From NCBI GenBank assembly GCA_963827165.1, contig CAWGZR010000005.1, forward strand, positions 704,001 through 768,000: 64,000 bases of DNA, given 5' to 3'. The translations under genes and the position numbers were made by a program. Shown here piece after piece: positions 7,639-17,978 of the stretch. The DNA is from Candidatus Bathyarchaeota archaeon. Its GTDB lineage: Archaea > Thermoproteota > Bathyarchaeia > Bathyarchaeales > Bathycorpusculaceae. Below the pieces are notes generated by a model. It worked only from the letters and a program-made list of their open reading frames with translations. It was not told where the DNA came from and searched no databases. How positions within the stretch are numbered: the stretch's first letter is position 1; the number at the start of each line of letters is the position of its first letter.

Positions 7639-9885
7639 TCATCTAATTTTTCTTTTGAGTCGTCTTGCCGTCAAAAATACAACCAAAGCAGCGATTACCG
7701 CCAAAACCAAAAAAACAGCGATTTCGGAGACCGGTTCTGCCGTTGCGGGTTTTGCTGTTGATGCAGGTCCAAAAGCGTAGAGCATATTGTTGTATGAGCC
7801 CACGTATACGGCACTGTCGGCTGCGGCTGGTGAGGAGACAACCATTTCGCCTGTGGCGTAGCTCCAGATTTCTTTGCCGTTTTGTGCGTTGAGGGCATAG
7901 ACGTCGCCGTCGTAGGAGCCAACGTAAACAGCACCGCCTGAGACTGCAGGCGACGACGCTACTTGCCCGCCGGTCAGGAAGCTCCACGCGAGTTTGCCAT
8001 CCGACGCCTGCAAAGCGTAAACTTTCCCGTCTCCTGACCCCACATAAATCAGGCCGGCCGCCACGGCAGGGGACGAAGCAACCCCCGCATCCGTGGCGAA
8101 TTCCCAGACGAGTTTGCCGTCGGAGGCTCGCAGGGCATAGACGTTGTGGTCGTAAGAGCCAATGTACACGACGCCGTCTGCTACTGCGGGCGACGAAACC
8201 ACGTAGCCCCCTGTTGCGTAGTTCCAGATGATGGAACCGTCGGAGGCATTGAGGCAGTAGACGTTATTATCGTTTGAGCCGACATAGACTCTGCCGTCGT
8301 TGACTGCGGGTGAGGAAACCGTGATTTGACCGTTTGTAGTATAGTGCCATATGAGTGTGCCGTCCGATGCGTTTAAGGCGTATATGCTGCCGTCTTCTGA
8401 ACCCACATACATGACGCCACCCTGTACGGTGGGAGAAGAAACCACTGGGCCGCCTGTTTTGAAGCTCCAAACCTTGATGCCTGTGGCAGCATCGAGTGCG
8501 TAAACATTGCCGTCGTAAGAGCCCACATACACGATGCCATCCGCAACCGCAGGAGATGAAAACATCACCATGTCGCCCGTAGCGTAGCTCCACACCACGT
8601 TGTTATGCATTTCCACGTTGAATCCAACCATACCGGTCGAAGCGTTCAAAGCGTATACGACGCCATCATGCGAACCCACATAAACCAGCCCGTCTGCTAC
8701 TGTTGGAGAAGAGTCTATTTCACCCCCTGTTGCGTAGCTCCAAACGTAGCCGCCCGTCGTAGCATTCAATGTATATAGTTTCCCGTCCCAGCAGCCAACG
8801 TAAACCCTGCCGTCGGCCACTTCGGGACGCGAAATAACCATGTCACCCGTCACGTAGGTCCACAGCAAACTGCCGCCGGAGGCATCAAGCGCATATACTC
8901 TGCTGTTCTCCGATCCCACATAAACTGTGTCGCCCGCCACCGAAGGGGAAGAAGCTACAGCTGCACTTGTTGAGAAACTCCAAATTTTGGCGCCGGTTTC
9001 TGCGTTTAGGGCGTAGACCTTGTCGTCGGTTGACCCAATGTAGACAGTGCCTCCGCTGATACAGGGCGAAGAATAGATTGCTCCGCCCGTCGTGAAGTTC
9101 CAAATCTGTTTGCCAGAGGAGGCTTCCAAAGCGTAGATTTTTCCGTCGTCGGAACCAGCGTAGACCACGCCTGACTGTACCGCGGGTGAAGAAACCACTT
9201 GGCTGCCCGTTGAGTAGGTCCAGATGAGGGCTCCGTTAACGGCGTTGAGAGCGTAGATTTTGCCGTCTTCCGACCCGATGTACAAGGTTCCGTTGCTGAC
9301 CGCAGGCGACGACAACATGATTTTGTAGCCCGTGCTGAAGTTCCACGCCAACCTGCCTGTTTGGGCGTTTAGGGCGTAAACATTGTGGTCTTCCGAGCCG
9401 AAGTACACGTTTCCGTAGGCGACGGCTGGGTCACAGTCAACGTAGTTTCCTGTCGCGAAGTTCCAAAGTTTTGCGCCGTTGGTTGCGTTGAGTGCATAGA
9501 GGTTGTGGTCTTCGCTGCCAACATACACCCTGCCTTCTGAGACTGCGGGTTGGGAAATCACGATGCCGCCCGTCGTAGACGCCCAGATGACAGCGCCGCT
9601 TAGGGCATCGAATGCGTAGATGTTATGGTCAAAAGAACCTACGTACACGACGCCGCCGACTACAGTGGGTGAATCCATTTGGCCGCCCGTGTTGAACTTC
9701 CAAAGTGTCTGATTCGTCGCAGGCGCCGAAGAATCTCCACTGCCTGTGTGAGCGGGATTACCGTGAAACATGGGCCACCCAGCTGCACTGACTTGGCTCT
9801 GGGCTGCTCCCAAAATGGCTGCGGCTAAAAACAGCGTAGACAGAACAAAAACAAACGTGGCGGCTGCTTTCATTTCTGTTTCCAT
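7639..9885 (-). CDS. Secreted, C-terminally anchored PQQ-like beta-propeller repeat protein (16 repeats)
   Basis: Signal peptide, 'WPMFHGNPAHTG' cap, 16 repeats of W..xTG...SSPxV..G.VYVGS.D..YALNA, C-terminal TM followed by a basic tail. Confidence 0.9.
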   Translation of the reverse strand: METEMKAAATFVFVLSTLFLAAAILGAAQSQVSAAGWPMFHGNPAHTGSGDSSAPATNQTLWKFNTGGQMDSPTVVGGVVYVGSFDHNIYAFDALSGAVIWASTTGGIVISQPAVSEGRVYVGSEDHNLYALNATNGAKLWNFATGNYVDCDPAVAYGNVYFGSEDHNVYALNAQTGRLAWNFSTGYKIMLSSPAVSNGTLYIGSEDGKIYALNAVNGALIWTYSTGSQVVSSPAVQSGVVYAGSDDGKIYALEASSGKQIWNFTTGGAIYSSPCISGGTVYIGSTDDKVYALNAETGAKIWSFSTSAAVASSPSVAGDTVYVGSENSRVYALDASGGSLLWTYVTGDMVISRPEVADGRVYVGCWDGKLYTLNATTGGYVWSYATGGEIDSSPTVADGLVYVGSHDGVVYALNASTGMVGFNVEMHNNVVWSYATGDMVMFSSPAVADGIVYVGSYDGNVYALDAATGIKVWSFKTGGPVVSSPTVQGGVMYVGSEDGSIYALNASDGTLIWHYTTNGQITVSSPAVNDGRVYVGSNDNNVYCLNASDGSIIWNYATGGYVVSSPAVADGVVYIGSYDHNVYALRASDGKLVWEFATDAGVASSPAVAAGLIYVGSGDGKVYALQASDGKLAWSFLTGGQVASSPAVSGGAVYVGSYDGDVYALNAQNGKEIWSYATGEMVVSSPAAADSAVYVGSYNNMLYAFGPASTAKPATAEPVSEIAVFLVLAVIAALVVFLTARRLKRKIR

Positions 9886-9942
9886 CTCACTCAGGTATTA
9901 AGGAATAAAGAGGTTTTCTCTTAAAACAGGGAAAAGGCAGGG

Positions 9943-11040
9943 CTACTTTTTGCGAAGGCTTTCAGGAATGTAAACACAAGCGGGGTCCTCAGCATACATG
10001 TCGCCTGTGTAAGCGTACGCGCGGTTTCTGCATCCCCCGCAGAGCTCACGGTATTCGCAGACTCCGCATTTGCCCTTGAGTAGGTTGCGGTCTTGGAAGC
10101 TGCTGTAGAACGGTGAGGACTTAACATCTTTCCAAGCGTCCTGCAGCGATTTGTTTCGAATGTTGCCCAGCCTCTGGTGTTCGGTGGGTGTGAGGTCGGT
10201 GTAGAAGCATGGGATAAGGTCGCCATTCTCCGTGACTGAAACGTAGCCGCCGAAAGCGAAGTAGGTGCATTTGCCGTGGAATTTGTGCTCGTACCATTTA
10301 TCGAAGTTTGGGATGCCGCGCATTTTGACGACGCGGGCGAAGTGGGGGCAATGGACATGGATTTCGAATTTGCCCTCATATTTTTCGGTGAGGTCCCAAA
10401 TGTGGTTGAGCACCCACTCATACTGTTCGGCCGAAGGGGTGAGGTCAGCCATTTCCTTGGCTCTTCCACTGGGAACAAGATGGTTAAACCAGACGAAGTT
10501 CGCGTGATACTTCTCCGCCAACTCGCAAACATGGTCGAGATGCTGATAATTTATGGTAGTTATGGCGCAGGCTAACCCGTTGAGGATTTTGCCCTTGCTG
10601 AGTTTGTCAATGGCGGCCAAGGCCTTGCGGTAGCTGCCTTTGCCCCGAAGTTGGTCATTGATTTCTTCGGGTCCGTCGATACTAACGCTGGTCCAGATTT
10701 GGTCCCTCACCAGGTTGTCATAGATTGAACCATCGACAAAAGTGCCGTTAGTAAGAAGGCAGACGTTGAGACCTTTGCTCTTGGCATATTTGGTGATTTC
10801 AAAGATGTCTGGGCGCGTAAGCGGTTCTCCCCCTTTTATGCCGAACCAGCGGACGCCGAATTCTGACACTTCATCCACAAGGTGGAATGCTTCTTGAGTT
10901 GTGAGTTCCCTGGGGGCTTTGGCGCCTGTGGCGTCAACGTTGCAGTATTTGCAACGGGCATTACATGCACCTGTTGCCCTCCAAGAAGTCATAAGCAAAG
11001 GACCCTTACTCGTCAAACAAAAACCCTCTCTTTCTCGCAA
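9943..11040 (-). CDS. Radical SAM/SPASM-domain protein (NirJ/Ahb/PqqE-like superfamily)
   Basis: CNARCKYC, 'GGEPL'; SPASM cysteines 'PCF...CGVCEYRELCGGCR...DPAC'. Confidence 0.88.
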   Translation of the reverse strand: MREREGFCLTSKGPLLMTSWRATGACNARCKYCNVDATGAKAPRELTTQEAFHLVDEVSEFGVRWFGIKGGEPLTRPDIFEITKYAKSKGLNVCLLTNGTFVDGSIYDNLVRDQIWTSVSIDGPEEINDQLRGKGSYRKALAAIDKLSKGKILNGLACAITTINYQHLDHVCELAEKYHANFVWFNHLVPSGRAKEMADLTPSAEQYEWVLNHIWDLTEKYEGKFEIHVHCPHFARVVKMRGIPNFDKWYEHKFHGKCTYFAFGGYVSVTENGDLIPCFYTDLTPTEHQRLGNIRNKSLQDAWKDVKSSPFYSSFQDRNLLKGKCGVCEYRELCGGCRNRAYAYTGDMYAEDPACVYIPESLRKK

Positions 11041-11270
11041 TCATTATTTATCTAAACGTTTCTTTCAACCTAAAAAAGATTATGCGGTGCCTTCTTCTTG
11101 CTGTCTTTTCGTTCAAGCAGCATTTTCCTGCTTTTCTTAGGGGGCAGATCCACGTTGGGATGTTTCCGTAAGGTTTATAGTGAAATCAAATATCATAAAG
11201 TGACTTGGTGGCATATCGCTTACCTCTTAATTAGAGATAAGCGAATGGTTAGAATAAGGGGGTACTATCT

Positions 11271-13889
11271 ATTCACAAAAAAGTCTTAGTTCTTGCTATT
11301 TTATTTGTGCTTCTTACTTCATCAGTTTCCGCCTCAATTTCCGCCCTTCAAATGAACGCAAAGGCACAGGCGACAGGCACAACTTCTAACTTGAACCAGT
11401 ACGAATGGCCCCAATTTCAAGGAGACGAATCGTTCACCCGTTTCTCAGCAGGACCCGCCCCAAGCACATCTAACGTGCTTTGGAAAGCCACTATACCTGG
11501 TATACAACCGGACCTTACAGCCTTCGACGGCTTAATCTTCGTAGGCACAAACACATCCCTCGTAGCAGTAAACCAAGCCGGTCAAATAGCTTGGAGCACC
11601 CCTATTCCCTTGAATAAAACCTGGCCCATAGCCTACGAAATTGATTCTTCACATTTGGTTGCGGAGGGTAGCTGCCTTGATCCCTCCACTGGCAAAATCC
11701 TGTGGACAAGCACTTCGTTTTGCGCGGACACAGGAATCTTCACGTCCAACGTTTACAGCCCCGAAACAAAAATGTTTTATGTAAAAGATAATTCCTACAT
11801 TGTCGCATGGAACTTCGCCGACCCCTCAAAGCCGCCGACCGTTGCGTGGACAACTTACATTCCAGGCGGAGGCCAAGCAGGCATCGGAACAACCTATGGA
11901 GCCGGCATAGTCTTCGCAGGCTCCTTTGAAAACCAACAGCTGGCGCTTAACGCAACAACTGGCAAAATAATATGGGATACCCAAACGAAGGGACCCATGA
12001 TTTTTGACGGCGCCTACGCGGATGGCTTCTTCTTCAGAGGCGGAACAGACGACAACACAATGTATTGCTTTAACGCAGCCGACGGACAAATCGTGTGGAC
12101 CTACACTCCACCTTCTGACCCAAATGGGTACTTCACAACTGGACCCGCCATCGCTTACGGAACCGTTTATGAAATGAACAAAGACGGGTACCTCTACGCC
12201 CTGAACGAAAAGACTGGCGCTCTGCTTTGGAAATACAAGAGTCCGGACACCGATTTCATGTGGCCAGGAATGCCCACAGTGGCGGACGGCAAAATCTACC
12301 TCACTACCGGCCAACACGCAGCTTACAATGGTCCAGCACAGGTCTCCCAATTCGCGTGCTTGAACGCATACAACGGGCAAACCATCTGGACCCTTCCCAT
12401 TGAAGCGTTGGCTCCCAGGGAGTCGGCCATCGTTGCGTATGGAAACTTGTACATCATCCCCGGTGAAGTAACATCCGCCGTTGACACAACATCAGGAACA
12501 GAATACTCAACAAATAACGCGCTTTGGGCGATAGGCGGCGGAAGCTCAACTCCAGCGCCGACCCCGTCTGGCACCCAGGGATCTGCCCCAACACCCACGC
12601 CGGCGCCTTCGCTGACACCGATTTTGTCTTCGAGCCTCAGCAATTGGACTATGTTTCGCGCTGATCCAGCTCACTCATCAACAGCCGAAGTCGGCCCATC
12701 AAACCTTACTGAAGCTTGGAAATTCGCAACTGAGGGCTCAGTTGTCTCCTCGCCAACGGTCGTTGGCGGAGTGGTTTATGCCGGTTCACAGGACAAAAAC
12801 GTTTACGCAGTTGATGCATTGAGCGGCAAGCTTGTCTGGAAGTTTGCTACTAGCGGCTCGATTGAAGATTCGCCTGCCGTGGCAGCTGGATTACTATATA
12901 TTGAGAGCGACGACGGCTACGTTTACTGCCTTAACGCACAGAGCGGGGCACTCAATTGGCAGACCCCCGTTGGGAGCAATCTGCACTACACGTATGCGAA
13001 CCTGATGCTAACCTCTTCACCCGTTGTATCAGATGGCATGGTTTACATCGGCTCCTTAGACGGCAACCTATACGCCCTCAACGCGGAATCGGGCGCGATT
13101 GTTTGGAAAACTCCATCGGGCGGACCAATCGAGTGTTCACCAGCCTACTCTGACGGCGCCGTCTTCTTCACTTCCCAGCAGCCATCGACTGGCATGCTCT
13201 TCAAGCTTAACGCGGATACTGGACAGGTAATGTGGAACTTCACGATTCCTTATAATCACTCGTTTTTAGGCGGGACAGAGCTTCTTGGTTCCCCTTCCGT
13301 TGCAGCAGGGATGGTTTTTGCATCCTCAGACTGGGGAGCTTACTACGCAGTAAACGTTGAATCAGGCCAGATGGTGTGGGATTTCGTTAACCCCGCGGCT
13401 ACGGAATTCATTGTTTCCTCACCCATCTACGTTAATGGTGACCTCTACATCATCAACATATTCAATATTATGTGCCTCAACGCAGCGAATGGACAAATGG
13501 TCTGGACCGCCTACACAGGAGACGAACTCTACGTTTCGCCTTCCTATGCTGATGGCAAAATCTACGTTGCAACTAGCGAACGGCATATATTTGTTCTCGA
13601 CACCACGCAAGGCGGTAAGAAAATTGCGACTGGTACCACACCCTCCAGTAGCTGGTCTTCGCCAACGATAGCGGACGGCATGCTATACATCGGATGTAAC
13701 GACTGGAATATCTATTGTTTTTCAGAAGGCATCAGCACCCAAGGGTCAACCCCTGCCACAACAGACAACGTCGCGATGGGACACGACATAGTCATTGTAG
13801 TATTCGTAATCGCTGCCCTTGCAATTGCAGCAGCCTTCACAGTGAGCTATGTTAACAGAAAGAAAGTCAAAACGCCGTCGACAGCTTAG
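11271..13889 (+). CDS. Secreted, anchored tandem PQQ-like beta-propeller protein with Pro/Thr linker (first canonical start GTG 11307; ATT 11271 proposed)
   Basis: Two caps (WPQFQGD, WTMFRAD), propeller repeats, PT-rich linker, C-terminal TM; in-frame upstream 'IHKKVLVLAILF' completes a signal peptide. Confidence 0.85.
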   Translation: MHKKVLVLAILFVLLTSSVSASISALQMNAKAQATGTTSNLNQYEWPQFQGDESFTRFSAGPAPSTSNVLWKATIPGIQPDLTAFDGLIFVGTNTSLVAVNQAGQIAWSTPIPLNKTWPIAYEIDSSHLVAEGSCLDPSTGKILWTSTSFCADTGIFTSNVYSPETKMFYVKDNSYIVAWNFADPSKPPTVAWTTYIPGGGQAGIGTTYGAGIVFAGSFENQQLALNATTGKIIWDTQTKGPMIFDGAYADGFFFRGGTDDNTMYCFNAADGQIVWTYTPPSDPNGYFTTGPAIAYGTVYEMNKDGYLYALNEKTGALLWKYKSPDTDFMWPGMPTVADGKIYLTTGQHAAYNGPAQVSQFACLNAYNGQTIWTLPIEALAPRESAIVAYGNLYIIPGEVTSAVDTTSGTEYSTNNALWAIGGGSSTPAPTPSGTQGSAPTPTPAPSLTPILSSSLSNWTMFRADPAHSSTAEVGPSNLTEAWKFATEGSVVSSPTVVGGVVYAGSQDKNVYAVDALSGKLVWKFATSGSIEDSPAVAAGLLYIESDDGYVYCLNAQSGALNWQTPVGSNLHYTYANLMLTSSPVVSDGMVYIGSLDGNLYALNAESGAIVWKTPSGGPIECSPAYSDGAVFFTSQQPSTGMLFKLNADTGQVMWNFTIPYNHSFLGGTELLGSPSVAAGMVFASSDWGAYYAVNVESGQMVWDFVNPAATEFIVSSPIYVNGDLYIINIFNIMCLNAANGQMVWTAYTGDELYVSPSYADGKIYVATSERHIFVLDTTQGGKKIATGTTPSSSWSSPTIADGMLYIGCNDWNIYCFSEGISTQGSTPATTDNVAMGHDIVIVVFVIAALAIAAAFTVSYVNRKKVKTPSTA

Positions 13890-13904
13890 TGGGCGCCTCA
13901 GACT

Positions 13905-15371
13905 TTAGTCTTGGTCTTTGCTTGGTGTGCTGTGTCCGCCTGGGCTTTTCTTTACAGGTCTAACCTTGCCCATCTGTCTAAACGCCCATCTCGATGCGCG
14001 ATACTTCCAGACGAGGTGGTTGAGAGCCATGCGTGCCATGATTTGGCTGTGGAAATCTCCCCGTTGCCTCATCCGTAAGTAATAGGTTGGTGTGAAGATC
14101 CTGTCATAGACTGATTTTTTGGTTTGCTCCAACTTCTCAAGAGGCAAAAGCGCATTTTTGAAAACCTGCATCTGCTCATGATAAAGGTTCCAGTTCTCCG
14201 AAAGCTCCAACCCCAACTCTTTAACCTGATCATAAAGTAGTGTGCCAGGGTAAGGAACCGCCTCACACATGTAAACGTAATCAGGCTTGGTTTTGCGAAT
14301 GAAATCCGCTGTTTGCTTCAGCATCTCCGGTGTTTCGCCTGGGTACCCAATGACGAGCGATATGGCGACGAGGATGTCTGATTCCTTCGCTAACTTGATG
14401 GCATTAGCGTTCTGCTCAACTGTGGTGCCTTTCCGCATGGTGTTTAGCATCTGTTGGCTGCCTGATTCGACGCCGAAATGGATGAGTTGGCAGTTTGTGC
14501 TCCTGAGCTTGTCCAAAAGAGCCTTAGAGACTTTGTCTACCCGCGTTCGGCAGTCCCACGGCATGTCAAATCCCCGTATCTTCATTTCGTCGCAGATGGC
14601 GATTGCCCTTGGTACATCAGAAGTGAACGTGTCGTCGTAAAACGCGAAAGCTCCTGCCCCAAAAGTGTCCCGTAGCCACTCAAGCTCGTCCACCACCTTA
14701 TGTGGGTTGCGTGCCCTAAACCCTTTGCCGCACATCTTGGATGCGAGGCAGAAGGCGCAGTTGAAGGGGCATCCGCGGCTGGTTATGATGGGCATGTAGA
14801 GTTTGCCATTAATACGATAGCGACTAACGTCAAAGTGCTTGTGAGCTGGGTAGGGAAGGGTGTCTATGTCTTCGAGGAAGGGCCGGTCAGCAGTGCGGAT
14901 GACTTGCCCGTCTCGCTTATAGGTGATGCCTAAAACCTTGCCCAGAGCTTTGAGGTTGTCTTCGGACACGAGGCGTGCGAGTTCGAGCATGGTTTGTTCT
15001 CCTTCGCCGCGCACGACGATGTCGACGTCTTGGCTATCCATGAAGGTGCGTTCATCCAAAACGGTGACGTGGGGTCCGCCAATCATGGTTACGCAGTTTG
15101 GCAGGGCTGCTTTGGCTGCTTTTAGTACTTGAAGCGCAGGGAAGTAAGTGACGGTTGCCGCGGTTGCGCCGACGATGTCGGCTTTAAGGCTTCTGAACTT
15201 GTCTTCCAGGTCCTTCTGGCTGAGTTTGGCGATTTGGCAGTCAACCACGTCCACTTGGTACCCATCTCGTTCAAGCACTGCGACAAGGTAGCTGATGCCA
15301 AGAGGTATGAAAACGGCTTGCGGTACATCCTCAGGATAAGGTGGATTAGCAAGTACTACGTGAGCCTTCAC
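13905..15371 (-). CDS. Cobalamin-binding radical SAM protein #2
   Basis: 'PLGISYL', 'GGPHVT', 'SRGCPFNCAFC', 'GVESG', 'PYPGT'. Confidence 0.92.
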   Translation of the reverse strand: MKAHVVLANPPYPEDVPQAVFIPLGISYLVAVLERDGYQVDVVDCQIAKLSQKDLEDKFRSLKADIVGATAATVTYFPALQVLKAAKAALPNCVTMIGGPHVTVLDERTFMDSQDVDIVVRGEGEQTMLELARLVSEDNLKALGKVLGITYKRDGQVIRTADRPFLEDIDTLPYPAHKHFDVSRYRINGKLYMPIITSRGCPFNCAFCLASKMCGKGFRARNPHKVVDELEWLRDTFGAGAFAFYDDTFTSDVPRAIAICDEMKIRGFDMPWDCRTRVDKVSKALLDKLRSTNCQLIHFGVESGSQQMLNTMRKGTTVEQNANAIKLAKESDILVAISLVIGYPGETPEMLKQTADFIRKTKPDYVYMCEAVPYPGTLLYDQVKELGLELSENWNLYHEQMQVFKNALLPLEKLEQTKKSVYDRIFTPTYYLRMRQRGDFHSQIMARMALNHLVWKYRASRWAFRQMGKVRPVKKSPGGHSTPSKDQD

Positions 15372-15640
15372 GCTATGTCCCCGACTTAGAAACTAAAATC
15401 GTCTACCCAATCTATTATGTGTTATGCAAATAAGCTGAGCTGCCGATTAACGTTACAGGTTGATGTTTTCTTGAGGTTTTCATGGCAGGAGATTTTAGTT
15501 TTTTGTGATTTGGGTTGCTTGGGTTTTTTTGAGCTTGAAAAATCTGCAAGTCAAGACCCTTCCTGAGTCAACTCGACTCTTCCCGTTAGTTTAGCTCATA
15601 TACTGCCTGGTACATTCGCGGTTTTTAGGGTGATACCGTT

Positions 15641-17290
15641 TTGGACGAACCGCTTATTGTAGGTGCTGAACGCAAGGGTTTTTATGGATTGTCTTCAATA
15701 GGCGAAGTACTCATACTCGGAGACAGCAAGTTGCCACCCGATTTAGCCCTTATACACGGAAACGTTCGAACGATGGACGCAGCACAACCTTTTGCCCAAG
15801 CAGTTGCAATTAAAGAGGGCAAAATCGTTAAGGTAGGCTCCGACGAAGAGGTACAACAGCTAATCGGTGAACAAACCAAGGTCATATACCTCAACGGAAA
15901 AACCGTGCTTCCAGGTCTAGTCGACACCCACATTCATGTGGCGGACTTTGGTAGATGCTTGCTCTGGCTTGACCTGACCGAAACAGACTCCATCGCGGAC
16001 TTTCAACGGCTGATAAAAGAAAAAGTCAATGAGACCCAGGCTGGCAAATGGCTCATCGGCCGTGGATGGAACGAAAAACGCTTCAAAGAAAAACGCTTAC
16101 CCAACTTCTCAGACCTGAACGAAGCGGCGCCCGACAACCCCGTCATTATGTACCGTGAGGCGGCAATGACCTGCGCTGTAAATAGCAAAGCCCTCGCGTT
16201 GGCGGGCGTCACAGAGGAAACAGCCGTACCTGCAGGTGGAGCAGTCGAAAAAGACCCCGAAACGGGTAAGCTCACAGGCATTTTTCGGGACACCGCCACC
16301 AATCTAATATGGCAAGCAGTACCTGAACCCACAGCCGATGAACTCGTGGACGCCTCGAGATTGGCGCTTCAAAAAATCGCAGAAGCAGGAATAACCGGCA
16401 TCCACTGGATCCTGATTTCCAAGGGAGAGTTCGGGATAGTTCAGAAGCTTGAGGCCGAAGGGAAACTTCCCGTCAGAGTCAACGTCATCGTTCCTTACGA
16501 GTTCCTCAAAGAAACCGACGGGTTCAAACCAAAGGACCCATCGATGCTTTACGTCGGTGGAGTTTTCATTACAACAGATGGGTACCTAGACTCAAAAACA
16601 GCTGCCCTAACCCTACCCTACAGCGACGATCCAACCAACAGCGGCAAAATGCTCCTAACCCAACAAGAACTGGCATCTTCGACTGCTACAGTTTTGGCGT
16701 TGGGTCTGCAACCTGTCATACACGCAATGGGCGACAAGGCTATTAAAACAGCGCTCAAAGTAATCGAGGAAAGCAAGTATGCCGAGGGGGTTCGTTTTCG
16801 GATGGAGCAGGCGGCGGTTCTGAACTTGGAATTAATCAAACGCCTCAAGACCCAAAATGTAATTGTTACGGTTCAGCCCACTGTTATTGCAACTGAATTT
16901 GCAGTTTGGTCAGCTGATACGCGGCTTGGCAAGGAACGGTCTGAGATGCTTCATCCCCTAAAGACCTTGCTGATAGAGGGTGTTAAGGTTGCTGGCGGCT
17001 CAGACTGCCCAATGGAACCTCTAAGTCCCCTGCTCGGAATACAAGAGGCAGTAAGCAGAACCCGCTTCCGAGAACAACGTTTAACCTTTGAAGAAGCCCT
17101 GCAGATGTACACCACGAATGCAGCCTACTGTTCAGGCGAGGAAAACGCGAAAGGCTCAATCGAAGAGGGCAAACTTGCAGATTTAACGGTTCTTTCACAC
17201 GACCCCTTTATCTCTGCGTCGGAAAAAATTAGTAGCATCGGCATTGAAATGACCATTGTTAATGGAAAAATTGGTTTCCGCCAGCGTTAA
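15641..17290 (+). CDS. YtcJ-like metal-dependent amidohydrolase (Amidohydro_3); true start probably downstream (about 15731)
   Basis: 'VLPGLVDTHIH', 'HAMGD', 'GGSDCP', 'GSIEEGKLADLTVL'. Confidence 0.85.
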   Translation: MDEPLIVGAERKGFYGLSSIGEVLILGDSKLPPDLALIHGNVRTMDAAQPFAQAVAIKEGKIVKVGSDEEVQQLIGEQTKVIYLNGKTVLPGLVDTHIHVADFGRCLLWLDLTETDSIADFQRLIKEKVNETQAGKWLIGRGWNEKRFKEKRLPNFSDLNEAAPDNPVIMYREAAMTCAVNSKALALAGVTEETAVPAGGAVEKDPETGKLTGIFRDTATNLIWQAVPEPTADELVDASRLALQKIAEAGITGIHWILISKGEFGIVQKLEAEGKLPVRVNVIVPYEFLKETDGFKPKDPSMLYVGGVFITTDGYLDSKTAALTLPYSDDPTNSGKMLLTQQELASSTATVLALGLQPVIHAMGDKAIKTALKVIEESKYAEGVRFRMEQAAVLNLELIKRLKTQNVIVTVQPTVIATEFAVWSADTRLGKERSEMLHPLKTLLIEGVKVAGGSDCPMEPLSPLLGIQEAVSRTRFREQRLTFEEALQMYTTNAAYCSGEENAKGSIEEGKLADLTVLSHDPFISASEKISSIGIEMTIVNGKIGFRQR

Positions 17291-17298
17291 ACCGCTAG

Positions 17299-17565
17299 TC
17301 AAATTTGTGCCTTGCTTTTTTCAGCCTTCATAAGTTCAGCAGTAAGCCTCCAGAGAAAGAATCCCAGTGCACTGACAAAAAACATCGCGATTGTGAAAGT
17401 GTCTGTTCTTACGTTCAGTAGATGGGAAACACGTTCTGGCAGCCATTCCGGATGAGTAAACTGTATGACTACTCCGTCTAGCCACGCTAGGAAACCGAAA
17501 AAGAACAGCATCTCCCCGACAACCTTGATGATGACAAGCGCTAATCTATTGGAAGAAGTATTCAT
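17299..17565 (-). CDS. Small two-TM membrane protein
   Basis: 88 aa, two hydrophobic helices, ATG start, TATA-like TTTATAA upstream on the minus strand. Confidence 0.65.
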   Translation of the reverse strand: MNTSSNRLALVIIKVVGEMLFFFGFLAWLDGVVIQFTHPEWLPERVSHLLNVRTDTFTIAMFFVSALGFFLWRLTAELMKAEKSKAQI

Positions 17566-17978
17566 GCGTAAGGTTAAACCTGGGCGAGGATTATAAAACT
17601 TGCGAGCACCCTGTTTCTTTGAGCTTTTCTGCTTATCTATTGGCTATTGTTTTGGGTTAACCAGTTTGAGTAGCCAGAGCGAATCAAGTGCGGAAAATAA
17701 CTGCTGTTTTAGACGACACTGCCAGTTATTGCCAAAAGTGTCATGGCAGACTTAACCCCGCAGAGGTTAGGGAGAATGATCATGCAACTAGTTCAAACAA
17801 GATTTTCTGTAACATCAAAATGGTTCAATGTTTCAACCGCTAAACGTTATTTTCATGCGGCATTTCAATTTCGACCATAACTTGGCCATTATTTCCACAA
17901 AATAAAACGGTTTTTTGAACCGGTAAGTTCATTGAATCCAAAAAATCAAGAACAAACATACACCCTATACCAAGGTTG

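Noticed and set aside
17776-17880. 34-aa small ORF (MIMQLVQTRFSVTSKWFNVSTAKRYFHAAFQFRP) after GGGAGA, as a possible precursor peptide
   Set aside because: No leader/core features and no support beyond a weak RBS-like motif
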